From a virus (taxonomy: Duplodnaviria > Caudoviricetes): 46,879 nucleotides of DNA. A program made the position numbers and the translations under genes. The notes under the pieces are model-generated. The model was not told where the DNA came from. It saw only the letters and a list, made by a program, of their open reading frames with translations, and made no database searches. The DNA lies in the IMG/VR virus record IMGVR_UViG_3300015370_000022, positions 1 to 46,879 of that record, one strand, 5' to 3'. This document shows positions 1 through 8,522 of the stretch, in pieces; position 1 is the first letter of the stretch, and each line of letters starts with the position of its first letter.

Positions 1-108
1 AAAGGGAGTGTATGAGAAAAAGGGGTATCTGATTACACCTAAGAGAGAAGATGTCAAGATTGTGCTGGAGGTATTGTGTGCACTGGCTGAAGTGAAAGGA
101 GAAGGTAA

Positions 109-411
109 ATGACCAAGCAAGAAGAGATAAGGGAAGGGGTAAAAGAGAAATTATGGGAATTTTGGATAGCAACTAAGGAGGACAGTCCGAACTGGATATA
201 CAACCCTATTCTTCAAGGTAAGTTTGTTTCGGAAATTCTTAAGTATCTCAGCGAGAACGGAGTAGTAATAAAAGTGGATATAGATTATGGGGGTATGGAG
301 AAATTCCAGTTCGCCTTGCACGGCGATGAAAAAAGGAAGCTGATACATTCTGTAACCGTTAATAATATAAAGTGTGTAGCGGTAGAAAGTCTCATAGAGG
401 AGGTTAAATAG
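109..411 (+). CDS. hypothetical phage protein
   Basis: AGGAGAAGG RBS, 100 aa, coupled to next ORF; ends AVESLIEEVK. Confidence 0.75.
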   Translation: MTKQEEIREGVKEKLWEFWIATKEDSPNWIYNPILQGKFVSEILKYLSENGVVIKVDIDYGGMEKFQFALHGDEKRKLIHSVTVNNIKCVAVESLIEEVK

Positions 412-602
412 TGGAACTTAATCCTGTAGTAATTCACTGTGTGGGATTGATGGGAATATGGGTATTTCAAGATGGATTAGCTAGTATCTGGTATTATCAT
501 AAGAAGGAAACTTGGAGAAGAAATCATAGTTGGCGGTTAGCCAGAATGCTCTTAGGTTTAGGTCTGGTAATAATATCCTCAGTGGCTATAGCGAGGATAT
601 AG
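411..602 (+). CDS. small membrane protein
   Basis: GAGGAGG RBS, GTG start overlapping the previous stop, two hydrophobic segments. Confidence 0.65.
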   Translation: MELNPVVIHCVGLMGIWVFQDGLASIWYYHKKETWRRNHSWRLARMLLGLGLVIISSVAIARI

Positions 603-797
603 TTGAACAAGCAAGACCAGATAGGGTTTAATGTATGTGTTGATGCGACAAGGCACATGGAGAAGCACATGGCTGAAGAGGCTTACGAGAATTGTGCTCG
701 TCATGGGAAATGTTATGAGCTTTGTTTTAAGAAACATCAATGTGTAATTCCCATAGTTATCACGTATTACTGGACTAAATTGGCGATGAGGAATTGA
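603..797 (+). CDS. hypothetical Cys/His-rich protein
   Basis: Fills the gap between coupled genes; stop overlaps the methylase start. Confidence 0.5.
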   Translation: MNKQDQIGFNVCVDATRHMEKHMAEEAYENCARHGKCYELCFKKHQCVIPIVITYYWTKLAMRN

Positions 798-1237
798 TGA
801 AACCATACTATCAAGATAATCACATCAGGATATTTTGTAAAGACTGCCGTTCAATGGAGGAGTTGGGGGACGAAAGCGTGCAGATGTGCGTTACTAGTCC
901 CCCTTACTGGGGACTTCGCAAGTATTCTGGTGAGCAGGAATTGATATGGGGTGGAGACTGTCCGCATGAATGGGGTAGTTTGATACCCAATCCTATGAGC
1001 AAATCAGGTAAGCACGGTCCCGCTAGTATCTTAACAAAGACGGCAGATGAGCAACATGCAGTTAGAAAGGAAAGCAATCAAGGTAGCTATTGTCAACTAT
1101 GTTCTGCGTGGCGTGGAAGTTATGGATTAGAGCCACAACCAGATTGCGGGAGACCATTTGTGAAACTCCGAAGTGATTTAACTGAGAAAGAATTGGATTA
1201 TGCGAAGGGGGAATTAGAGCGATGCGGGTTGCTTTAA
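794..1237 (+). CDS. DNA methyltransferase (N4-C/N6-A, beta class), N-terminal fragment
   Basis: KPYYQD start, DCR, catalytic TSPPYWGLR motif, then GLEP; stops before the rest of the domain. Confidence 0.9.
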   Translation: MMKPYYQDNHIRIFCKDCRSMEELGDESVQMCVTSPPYWGLRKYSGEQELIWGGDCPHEWGSLIPNPMSKSGKHGPASILTKTADEQHAVRKESNQGSYCQLCSAWRGSYGLEPQPDCGRPFVKLRSDLTEKELDYAKGELERCGLL

Positions 1238-1765
1238 CTTTGGGCGTGGGTGATTACGCTTTGTCTTATTGTGGCAAGGGAAACATAGAGTCTGCCCATT
1301 CGGAATATCATATCGTAGGTCAGGGCGTTCAGCGTAAGGGATTATATGATGAGCTTGAAGTAGAACATTGTGTCCGTTCCCGTTCCTATTGCCACAATCT
1401 TGGCAGGTATAATTATCCCTTTCAAGCACTCCATTCACGAAGGCTCGGTATTCAGGGCTTTGAAAATCCTTCTGCCTTGCGGTTGATAAACCTCCCTTCC
1501 AATTCGGATGTAACTCACCTTTGCCGTGAGCTAGATTTGCTTTGCCTGCTTCAACAAACTTGGCAATCACTTCGGGAGTTGGGCGTCTGCCTGTCGGTTT
1601 ACCTGTTAAGGATGCAGAAATCTTGGCTCGCTTCTCTGGGGAACAAGGGATACCAGTTGATGTTGGCTTCCCCTTTCGGCTGGCTGAAATCTTTGCCCTT
1701 ACTTCGGGTCGCCAAGCAGGATTATCAGTCTTATTTCTTAAAGCTAAATCAGGTCGTTTTCTCAT
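1214..1765 (-). CDS. HNH homing endonuclease with NUMOD3-like repeats, antisense insertion in the methylase
   Basis: Repeats EVRAKISASRKGK and EKRAKISASLTGK, HPNWKGG, RDNYTCQDC...AHHI...NGQTLCFPCH. Confidence 0.92.
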   Translation of the reverse strand: MRKRPDLALRNKTDNPAWRPEVRAKISASRKGKPTSTGIPCSPEKRAKISASLTGKPTGRRPTPEVIAKFVEAGKANLAHGKGELHPNWKGGLSTARQKDFQSPEYRAFVNGVLERDNYTCQDCGNRNGNGHNVLLQAHHIIPYAERPDLRYDIPNGQTLCFPCHNKTKRNHPRPKLKQPASL

Positions 1766-1806
1766 ACCTTATTATACCACAAACGGGGGTAGGTTGTAAA
1801 CCTTAA
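1222..1806 (+). CDS. shadow/bridge ORF antisense to the HNH, linking the two methylase halves
   Basis: 194 stop-free codons; ATG lies within the end of 794..1237 after GAAGGGGG; stop overlaps the next start (TAATG). No recognisable protein family. Confidence 0.4.
   Translation: MRVALTLGVGDYALSYCGKGNIESAHSEYHIVGQGVQRKGLYDELEVEHCVRSRSYCHNLGRYNYPFQALHSRRLGIQGFENPSALRLINLPSNSDVTHLCRELDLLCLLQQTWQSLRELGVCLSVYLLRMQKSWLASLGNKGYQLMLASPFGWLKSLPLLRVAKQDYQSYFLKLNQVVFSYLIIPQTGVGCKP
1771..1800 (-). promoter_or_regulatory. sigma70-type promoter for leaderless HNH mRNA
   Basis: TTTACA-18nt-TATAAT with TG extension; ATG 5 nt downstream of the -10 box. Confidence 0.7.
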
Positions 1807-3920
1807 TGAATATAAGACTAGAAAAATCACGAGTACCAGCACACCTAACGAAATACTTTGAGACGGATACTTGCTCGTCCTGTTATGTGTGCCATACCAT
1901 AGAGATATTAAGGGAGATACGCCGGGTTTTACGCAAGGATGGATGCGTTTTTTTGAACATCGGAGACTCTTATGTGTCTGGCAAGTCTAGGTATTCAAGC
2001 AAGCCTCACTCTATAGCAGGTGGCAAGGATAGGGGTGATAACCACAGCCAGAAGCCAGACCAATATTACCATAAGTATCTAAAGCCCAAAGACCTCTGCC
2101 TCATACCCTTTAGAGTAGCCATAGCAGCCCAAGAAGATGGTTGGTGGGTGAGGTCAGTAATTATATGGAGCAAGCCCAATCCTATGCCTGAGTCGGTTCA
2201 CGGCTCGCATTTTATCAGGCATTGTGTTACAATAGAAGAGTATGAGAAGTTGTCAGGTATGCGGTCAACTAAAGGTAGCAACAAAGACGGGTCCGCCGAC
2301 TTGCCCAGAATGTCGCCGAGCCAAGTATCTGATTGTGAAGAGGCGTTATCGGAACAGTCTCAAAGGACAAGAGACCGAGAAGGCTTACGAACAGAGACCC
2401 GAAGTCAAAGAGAACCGCCGTCAAGCCAGCCGTTCACGGCAAGCCAAACAGAGCAAGGGAAGGCACAAACCAACAAAAGAAGAACGGAAGCAACAGAAGA
2501 AAGAAGCCAATCAACGCTACTGCAAGACAGTGAAGGGCAAATACAGGAAGCAACGAGACTATGCGAGGCGGAAACAAGCAATAGTAGTAGACCAACCAGT
2601 AACAGCAGAGGACTGGCTAGAGATACTGAAAGCTCACAAGAACCGCTGTCATTATTGCCACAAGAGGAAAGTGCTAACGATAGACCATATAATACCAATC
2701 AGCAAGGGGGGCAAACATATCAAGATGAACATAGTGCCAGCCTGTCGGAGTTGCAACGCCAAGAAGAAGGACAATCTGGTGATGCTCTTATAGAGTGCCC
2801 CGGCTGTCCGAAATGCAAACGATATAATGGCTATATTCGCATAAAAGGTTCAGGCAGACCTACCGAGTCTCACGAATACATCCTTATGCTCACCAAATCA
2901 GATGACTACTTTTTTGACACGGATGCGGTGAGAAGGGAATATACCGAACCGTTAAATCGTTGGGGTGGTCCCACATTTAGGGATTCAAGCCATAAGTATA
3001 TTGAAATGGGCGGACACGATGGTGAGCAGAAATACGGGGCAACAAGTATGTTCCGCAAGGGGCGTCCAGTTAGACCAAATGAAGGTGGGGCTAATATCAG
3101 GTCAGTATGGGAGTTCCCCGAAGAGGTTATTGGTGAGGCTCAAGAAGTAGAACCTAAAGAGTTCCGTTATGAGGGACAAGCCACAAAGGATTATAAATCT
3201 GCTGGTGCTCAAGACCCATCCGAGACAAAGAGAAGGATATTGAGAGGGCTTAAAACAAAGGGACAGCAAGAAATAGGCAACCAAGAACAACATCACGGGC
3301 AGGATATATTCCCTCAAAGTGGTAGCCGTAATCTTAGGTCTGTTTGGCACTTTCCGACCCAACCCTTTCCGCAAGCCCATTTTGCAGTATTCCCTGAGAA
3401 GCTACCTGAGTTATGTATTAAGGCAGCCACGCCAGAAGTAGGGTGCTGTAGTAAGTGTGGGGCACCGTGGGAGAGGATAGTTGAGAAGATACCCCAGAAT
3501 GTTCGTAGCCATAAACTAGCAAAGGGTAAAGTCAAAGATGCCGTTGATGGGAATAATCCTGATATGGCGGTGGGCGGTGGCTTCTCAAGAACGGGAGTTC
3601 AGTTTGAGTGGCAGGTTAATACTTTGGGTTGGAAACCTCAATGTAAATGTGGTAAATATACTTGCGTTAATTGTCAAAGTGTGGTATTATATCCTTTTCC
3701 TGATAAAAAAACTTGCCCGAACTGTGGCTCGCTAGACTTTAATTTTGAGCCTGCTGATAAAGCCCCATCAATAGTCTTAGACCCCTTCGCTGGAGCAGGC
3801 ACAACTTTATGGGTAGCTAAGAAGTTAAATCGTAAAGCAATAGGATTTGAGATTTCAGAAGAGTATTGTAACCTTGCCATAGAGAGATGCTCACAACAAG
3901 CTATGGGATTAAGTTTATGA
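1806..3920 (+). CDS. DNA methyltransferase, C-terminal part, with large in-frame insertions
   Basis: REIRRVLRKDG, NIGDSY, KPKDL, WSKPNPMPES, RPTESHEY, RSVW, HFAVFPEKL, VLDPFAGAGTT, GFEISEEY. Confidence 0.92.
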   Translation: MNIRLEKSRVPAHLTKYFETDTCSSCYVCHTIEILREIRRVLRKDGCVFLNIGDSYVSGKSRYSSKPHSIAGGKDRGDNHSQKPDQYYHKYLKPKDLCLIPFRVAIAAQEDGWWVRSVIIWSKPNPMPESVHGSHFIRHCVTIEEYEKLSGMRSTKGSNKDGSADLPRMSPSQVSDCEEALSEQSQRTRDREGLRTETRSQREPPSSQPFTASQTEQGKAQTNKRRTEATEERSQSTLLQDSEGQIQEATRLCEAETSNSSRPTSNSRGLARDTESSQEPLSLLPQEESANDRPYNTNQQGGQTYQDEHSASLSELQRQEEGQSGDALIECPGCPKCKRYNGYIRIKGSGRPTESHEYILMLTKSDDYFFDTDAVRREYTEPLNRWGGPTFRDSSHKYIEMGGHDGEQKYGATSMFRKGRPVRPNEGGANIRSVWEFPEEVIGEAQEVEPKEFRYEGQATKDYKSAGAQDPSETKRRILRGLKTKGQQEIGNQEQHHGQDIFPQSGSRNLRSVWHFPTQPFPQAHFAVFPEKLPELCIKAATPEVGCCSKCGAPWERIVEKIPQNVRSHKLAKGKVKDAVDGNNPDMAVGGGFSRTGVQFEWQVNTLGWKPQCKCGKYTCVNCQSVVLYPFPDKKTCPNCGSLDFNFEPADKAPSIVLDPFAGAGTTLWVAKKLNRKAIGFEISEEYCNLAIERCSQQAMGLSL
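2225..2233 (+). promoter_or_regulatory. extended -10 promoter inside the methylase CDS, for the nested HNH
   Basis: TGtTACAAT 8 nt before the HNH ATG; the same tgtgttacaat string occurs in the promoter at 38365-38375. Confidence 0.55.
2242..2793 (+). CDS. HNH endonuclease nested in the +1 frame of the methylase
   Basis: CQVC/CPEC zinc motif, basic helix, HKNRCHYC...TIDHIIPISKGG...NIVPACRSCNAKK. Confidence 0.92.
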   Translation: MRSCQVCGQLKVATKTGPPTCPECRRAKYLIVKRRYRNSLKGQETEKAYEQRPEVKENRRQASRSRQAKQSKGRHKPTKEERKQQKKEANQRYCKTVKGKYRKQRDYARRKQAIVVDQPVTAEDWLEILKAHKNRCHYCHKRKVLTIDHIIPISKGGKHIKMNIVPACRSCNAKKKDNLVMLL

Positions 3921-3983
3921 AACCATTTTTAATTGCACTGGGTATAGGTGGTATGATATATTTAGTTAGGTCTGGGTGATTGA

Positions 3984-4217
3984 ATGAACGATGAAGCAAG
4001 TGATTTTCGGGAGAAGTGTCCCATACTGGTAATGCCAAATGCGGGGAAGGAGAGAGTGCTTGAGTGTATCAACTGTCCTGTAAGAACGTGCATTGATGAT
4101 ATTAGGTTGACGAATAAACCAATTCTCCCTACTTTCCTTAAAGAAGTTAATGCGACCATAGCTGAACTAGAGGATATTAAGGATTATATTAAAGAGAAGA
4201 TGAAACAGGAGGATTGA
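3984..4217 (+). CDS. hypothetical protein (CINCPVRTC)
   Basis: 77 aa ORF in a coupled run of genes. Confidence 0.6.
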   Translation: MNDEASDFREKCPILVMPNAGKERVLECINCPVRTCIDDIRLTNKPILPTFLKEVNATIAELEDIKDYIKEKMKQED

Positions 4218-4390
4218 TGGAACCTGAAATACAACCCAATGACTTAGAGGAGAGGCTGAAAACAACGAGAAACAGGTGTGATATAGCACTCCTTTTAATT
4301 GAGCATAATCCTGAGCTATTGCCCACTATATTGGAGGATATGTTCTATGGGGTGCAAGAGATACTACGATTATATTGTATTAAGGGTTAA
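4217..4390 (+). CDS. hypothetical protein (MEPEIQPND...YCIKG)
   Basis: GGAGG RBS and TGATG overlap; 57 aa, translated manually. Confidence 0.6.
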   Translation: MEPEIQPNDLEERLKTTRNRCDIALLLIEHNPELLPTILEDMFYGVQEILRLYCIKG

Positions 4391-4422
4391 GTATGTGCTA
4401 TTATTAGAGAAAGGAGGAAGGT

Positions 4423-4662
4423 ATGTTAAAAAATGTTTCAGCTGAGAAAGAAGTAAGGGTTTGTGATGAATGCGGGAGTGAAATTATTTCATTTTGGAAA
4501 TGCGGTTACTGTGAGAAGGAGTTGTGCCAGTTTTGCACAGCTTTTGTTACTTGCTTGAAAAAGGATATTGTAAGAGGGCATACACTCGTTTGGAAATATC
4601 GTAAAGCAATGTGCCAAGCTCATTTACCAATAGAACTCGATTGGAGCGACATTAAGGAATGA
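4423..4662 (+). CDS. zinc-finger protein
   Basis: AGGAGG RBS; CDEC, CGYC and CQFC motifs. Confidence 0.75.
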   Translation: MLKNVSAEKEVRVCDECGSEIISFWKCGYCEKELCQFCTAFVTCLKKDIVRGHTLVWKYRKAMCQAHLPIELDWSDIKE

Positions 4663-4877
4663 TAGATTTACCCGATAAGGCGAAAGTTCCACACGAAGAA
4701 GTAGAGGAAGGTGGTAAGAAAACATACTGGCATCCAGGCTATATGGTAAAGAGGTGCGAGACTTGTAATAGGGAGTTTGTATGTAGCGTGCAATCGCTAG
4801 TTACCTTTTGTGGTTATAAAGATTGTGGAAAGGAAGGTGAAAATGATGAAAAAAGAAGCATTGTGCCCAGTATGTAA
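4659..4877 (+). CDS. zinc-binding hypothetical protein
   Basis: ATGA overlap; CETC...CGYKDC. Confidence 0.6.
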   Translation: MIDLPDKAKVPHEEVEEGGKKTYWHPGYMVKRCETCNREFVCSVQSLVTFCGYKDCGKEGENDEKRSIVPSM

Positions 4878-5136
4878 TGGTAAGGGAGTAGTTTATGGTA
4901 TAGCCGAAGGGGGAATGTATCCTTCAACGCCTTGTCATGGTTGTGCTGAATGGGGTAGCAGGGGTTGGATAGTAATTCCAGTGGAAGATACTATTAACTT
5001 GGAGTATGAATTGACTGGGCGAGATTTAGGGAAAGATTGGACTGATAAATGTCCTGCTTGTGGTGGCGATAGATACGCTCCTGTTCTAGCTGGTTGCCCT
5101 AAAGGAGAGGTCTCAGCTAATTGCGGAGAGAAATAA
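4843..5136 (+). CDS. DnaJ-type zinc-finger (CxxCxGxG) protein
   Basis: AGGAAGG RBS before ATG 4843; CPVCNGKG, CHGC, CPACGG. Confidence 0.7.
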   Translation: MMKKEALCPVCNGKGVVYGIAEGGMYPSTPCHGCAEWGSRGWIVIPVEDTINLEYELTGRDLGKDWTDKCPACGGDRYAPVLAGCPKGEVSANCGEK

Positions 5137-5177
5137 ACTTTACAAGAAAATAGCTGAGGCTATGGAGGTCTTGGTAG

Positions 5178-5657
5178 ATGAGTAGGATTGAAGTAAAACA
5201 GCCCATCGTGCATACCCCCTCTTTCAAAGAATATAAAATCGCTGGCTCTGAATTAAAGAAAAAGTATGAGGGGTTAGGTATTAAGGTATGGCCAATGTCA
5301 TACTATTGGTATTATCATACTGATGCTGAGGGATGGGCGAAATTGTTACTTCATCTAGTAATAAAGTCTAACCTCTATGTTGCTGATAGAAGGACTTGTG
5401 CTTGGTATGCTAAAAAAGCCACTGTTCTTTGTAATGAACTCTATAAACTTAATACTCTGCCTGAGACGTGGGGTGGCTCGCCTTTAGGATACCACGCCTT
5501 CAATACCTTCTGGACAGGGGACTCCATAATGATACTTGAGCCTAATGAGGGGTTTGATGATGGCGATAACTACCAAGATATTTGGGGTGCTCTTGACGAT
5601 GATATAGTTTTTGCACTGGGCGATAATGGATACAAGCCAGATAACGTGTTTTTATAG
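5178..5657 (+). CDS. transglutaminase/papain-like cysteine peptidase-fold protein (possible lysis enzyme)
   Basis: Y-x-A-D-x-x-x-C ... HAFN ... ILEPN pattern with Cys-His dyad; lies near a holin-like ORF. Confidence 0.55.
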   Translation: MSRIEVKQPIVHTPSFKEYKIAGSELKKKYEGLGIKVWPMSYYWYYHTDAEGWAKLLLHLVIKSNLYVADRRTCAWYAKKATVLCNELYKLNTLPETWGGSPLGYHAFNTFWTGDSIMILEPNEGFDDGDNYQDIWGALDDDIVFALGDNGYKPDNVFL

Positions 5658-5668
5658 GAGGTAAAATA

Positions 5669-5815
5669 GTGGGTAACGATTTAAGAGATGTGCTAATTGA
5701 ACAGGGGCAGTATAGAGATGTTTGGTATATCAACAAAGATGGTACAGCAGAAGAAAGGCGTTGCTTAGTAGTTCCTGCCATAGCAGTTGAGCCACTGATA
5801 GAGGAGGTAGAATAA
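5669..5815 (+). CDS. hypothetical protein
   Basis: GGAGG RBS, GTG start, 48 aa ending AVEPLIEEVE. Confidence 0.55.
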   Translation: MGNDLRDVLIEQGQYRDVWYINKDGTAEERRCLVVPAIAVEPLIEEVE

Positions 5816-5994
5816 TGAATTCAAAGCGTTGGTTTCATAGTTGGACATTGTGGGCGATGGGGTTGACATTCATTGGGAGTATAATCTCAGGAATTACTGG
5901 CGAGGATTGGCTTGATGGTGAGATGCAATTAACGATACTCTCCATTGTTGGTATTATTTTGAGATTGAAAACTGGGCAAGGCTTGACGAAGTAA
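5815..5994 (+). CDS. holin-like small membrane protein
   Basis: MNSKRWFHSWTLW..., two TM-like segments, basic C-terminus; GAGGAGG RBS; missed by the ORF track (59 aa). Confidence 0.65.
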   Translation: MNSKRWFHSWTLWAMGLTFIGSIISGITGEDWLDGEMQLTILSIVGIILRLKTGQGLTK

Positions 5995-5996
5995 CT

Positions 5997-6236
5997 TTAC
6001 CACCACCCCTGAACTTTAGTTACTATAGCACTAATTATTATGGCGAAAAGTCCGCCTACCATTCCCTTTGAGTCTTTTCGCCATGCTGTGTTTTTGGTAA
6101 CATCCTTCTTGACATTATTAAGGCAGTCTTTAATGGTTTTAACATCTCCAGCCATCCCCTTATCCTCAGTGCCTGCCACGCCATAAATAGATTGATGCAC
6201 TTGCCTTATAAGTTTATCTCGCTCTTGTAGTTTCAT
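5997..6236 (-). CDS. coiled-coil protein with C-terminal TM helix (holin/XhlA-like)
   Basis: Last gene of the late operon; hydrophobic C-terminus. Confidence 0.55.
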   Translation of the reverse strand: MKLQERDKLIRQVHQSIYGVAGTEDKGMAGDVKTIKDCLNNVKKDVTKNTAWRKDSKGMVGGLFAIIISAIVTKVQGWW

Positions 6237-8521
6237 TAGCTTAATGTCACCTTTTGCAAGAGTAATCTAAATCGCCGTTCAACTTTTCCACTTATCTCAT
6301 CTTTAGTTAAATAGCTGAACGGCTTTGTGGGGAGAAAGCGAACATAGATTGTAGTGCCATCAATATCATAGAAAGTAACAGGCCACGTAGCGGTGTTCTT
6401 TGCCTCTTCTAAAGTTGCTTTAATCACTCCAGCATCGGTATCCCTGTCGTGCCCCCCGTCATTCAGCGTTATGTTATCAGCACACCTTACCTCACAGTAG
6501 ATTATATCTCTTCTTGTGGGATACAGAATTCCTCTGCAATCATAGCCGTATAGTATCGGGGTAGTAGTAGCACTATTAGTTGTAGCGGTAATCTTGAAGC
6601 GTATCATAGTGCTTACGGGGTTTGCTCCACTTACATCATCTACTGGGATATAATTCGTTGTAGTCGGTGAGGTCTTGAATGCCCCGATAGTTGTCCAGTT
6701 TGTGCTTCCTTTGAGTTGATATTCCACAGTGAAATAAATATTAGCTGTCGTGCCACTCATTGTGAGAGTCATCTTGATAAATGCTTTAGAGTCCCCCTTG
6801 AAGTTAGCGTGCATCCACGGGGTTACAAAGTATTGGCTGGAGTCGGTAGCAAAGGAACGGTTAGCGTCAGTGGCTATACTACCGTAACTTGTTGGTAATG
6901 GAATGTAATATAAACTATCACCAGCAAGGGTGGAAGCTATCCATAGTCTTTTCTGATAGACACTAGAAACGAACATTGTTTCTACGCCATCCAAAGTAAG
7001 TTCAGCGTGAGGATGCCAGACCCAAGAGGTCGTGCCGTTTATGGTTTCCCTGCGACCTGCCATTATTTCTATCTTTGTGCCGTTGCCCAAAGCAACAAGT
7101 AAATACCTCTCATCACCAGCTACTGCCTGAACATCACCAGCAAAGGCGGATAGGTTGGTGCAGTAATCAGACGGATTTAGCCAGGTAAAAGTTCCATCAA
7201 GATACTCTAATAGGGCTGCCTTATAGGGCATATAGAGACCACCCAGCCACTCAACGGTATTCTTACCACCAGTGGAATTAGTGAGATGCTTTGTAGCTTC
7301 AGTCAGTTTATCTACATTACCCGAACTATCTAAATAAAAGGGTCTATCCTCTTTCATAATATAGAGGGCGTTTTCTACATCTAAGACATTAGTTATATTA
7401 TTAAAGCTGGTATCTACTATGGTCTGAGCTGTCCAAGCCACAGCCCCACCATTTTGGGGGGTTGTCGTTGACCTGATAGTATTAACCGTATCCGAGCCAT
7501 ACATAGTATCCGCAGTTAAGTGAACCATCTTGAGGAATTTCATTGAGTTGTTGGCTAGAGTATTTTCAGTAAAGGCTTCGGCGGTAGTCATCTCCCAATA
7601 AGCATTTGAATAACCCAACTCAATATAAAGTTTGCTATCACTGAATACTTCAAGGTCGGTAATTGTAACAGGGAATGTTTTAACTAAATCAAAACCAGTG
7701 CCTCCAGCATTTAATTTGCCTAAATACAAACCAAAAGAAGCATAAAGCTTATCATTGAATTCAGCAATGGCTATTGTTGTTCCTACTGCTGGCGGGTCAA
7801 AGTAAAGATTTACTTCATTCAAATAAACAGTGTTTATTGCTCCAGTAGCTAAAATTCTTATTCTTACTTTACTAACTCCATAAGTAGCCCCTAAACTCTT
7901 TTCATACCATAGAGATCCTATATCAGTGCCTTGATAAACATCGTGCCACCCTCCGTTATAATAGGCATCTACATCAATTTGGTCGCCTAACTGTGCCCAG
8001 TAACGCACTGAACTAGTAGGTTGAGGAGTTATCGTTAATTCAATAAACTTAGACCAAGTGCTTACCCCTGGTGTGCTCGTAGCATAAGTAGCAGTATTGG
8101 TATCATAGGCATTGGTTCCACTTGTCCACGCAGCATCGGGGTCAACAAATCCAGTTGGACTTACCCAGGCAGCGGAAGGAGCAGTAGGTTTAGTTAAAGT
8201 TGTTGGCTTATAACTACATATCGCCATACCCCTATTACGCAAGTCCATATTATAGGACTCGTAATATCTTTCGGGGTCGCTTTCATCGTAAGTTTCTAAT
8301 CCAAACCCAGACCTCCAGGAGTCCTGACCAATCCTGAATTCCTTCTCTGGAATTAAAGCGTCATAACCAGCTTCTGTAGTTTGTTGTCGAGCTAGGTATT
8401 CATCGTCAAAAGTTTGGTAAATCGGGGTTTTATTCTTATCACAGGCAAGTATAAAACCTACTTTTGTAGTGCCATCCTGTTTCAAGATACCGAAGTCGTG
8501 TTTTGATTTTTGAAAACTCAT
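6236..8521 (-). CDS. tail structural protein (nozzle/stabilisation-type, beta-rich)
   Basis: 761 aa, beta-propeller-like composition, downstream of the adaptor in the virion operon. Confidence 0.65.
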   Translation of the reverse strand: MSFQKSKHDFGILKQDGTTKVGFILACDKNKTPIYQTFDDEYLARQQTTEAGYDALIPEKEFRIGQDSWRSGFGLETYDESDPERYYESYNMDLRNRGMAICSYKPTTLTKPTAPSAAWVSPTGFVDPDAAWTSGTNAYDTNTATYATSTPGVSTWSKFIELTITPQPTSSVRYWAQLGDQIDVDAYYNGGWHDVYQGTDIGSLWYEKSLGATYGVSKVRIRILATGAINTVYLNEVNLYFDPPAVGTTIAIAEFNDKLYASFGLYLGKLNAGGTGFDLVKTFPVTITDLEVFSDSKLYIELGYSNAYWEMTTAEAFTENTLANNSMKFLKMVHLTADTMYGSDTVNTIRSTTTPQNGGAVAWTAQTIVDTSFNNITNVLDVENALYIMKEDRPFYLDSSGNVDKLTEATKHLTNSTGGKNTVEWLGGLYMPYKAALLEYLDGTFTWLNPSDYCTNLSAFAGDVQAVAGDERYLLVALGNGTKIEIMAGRRETINGTTSWVWHPHAELTLDGVETMFVSSVYQKRLWIASTLAGDSLYYIPLPTSYGSIATDANRSFATDSSQYFVTPWMHANFKGDSKAFIKMTLTMSGTTANIYFTVEYQLKGSTNWTTIGAFKTSPTTTNYIPVDDVSGANPVSTMIRFKITATTNSATTTPILYGYDCRGILYPTRRDIIYCEVRCADNITLNDGGHDRDTDAGVIKATLEEAKNTATWPVTFYDIDGTTIYVRFLPTKPFSYLTKDEISGKVERRFRLLLQKVTLS

Positions 8522-8522
8522 T

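Noticed and set aside
1150-2860. Group I intron or intein explaining the methylase interruptions
   Set aside because: No room for a ribozyme core outside the HNH ORFs, no P7-type motifs recognised, and no intein C-terminal HN-C/S/T motif
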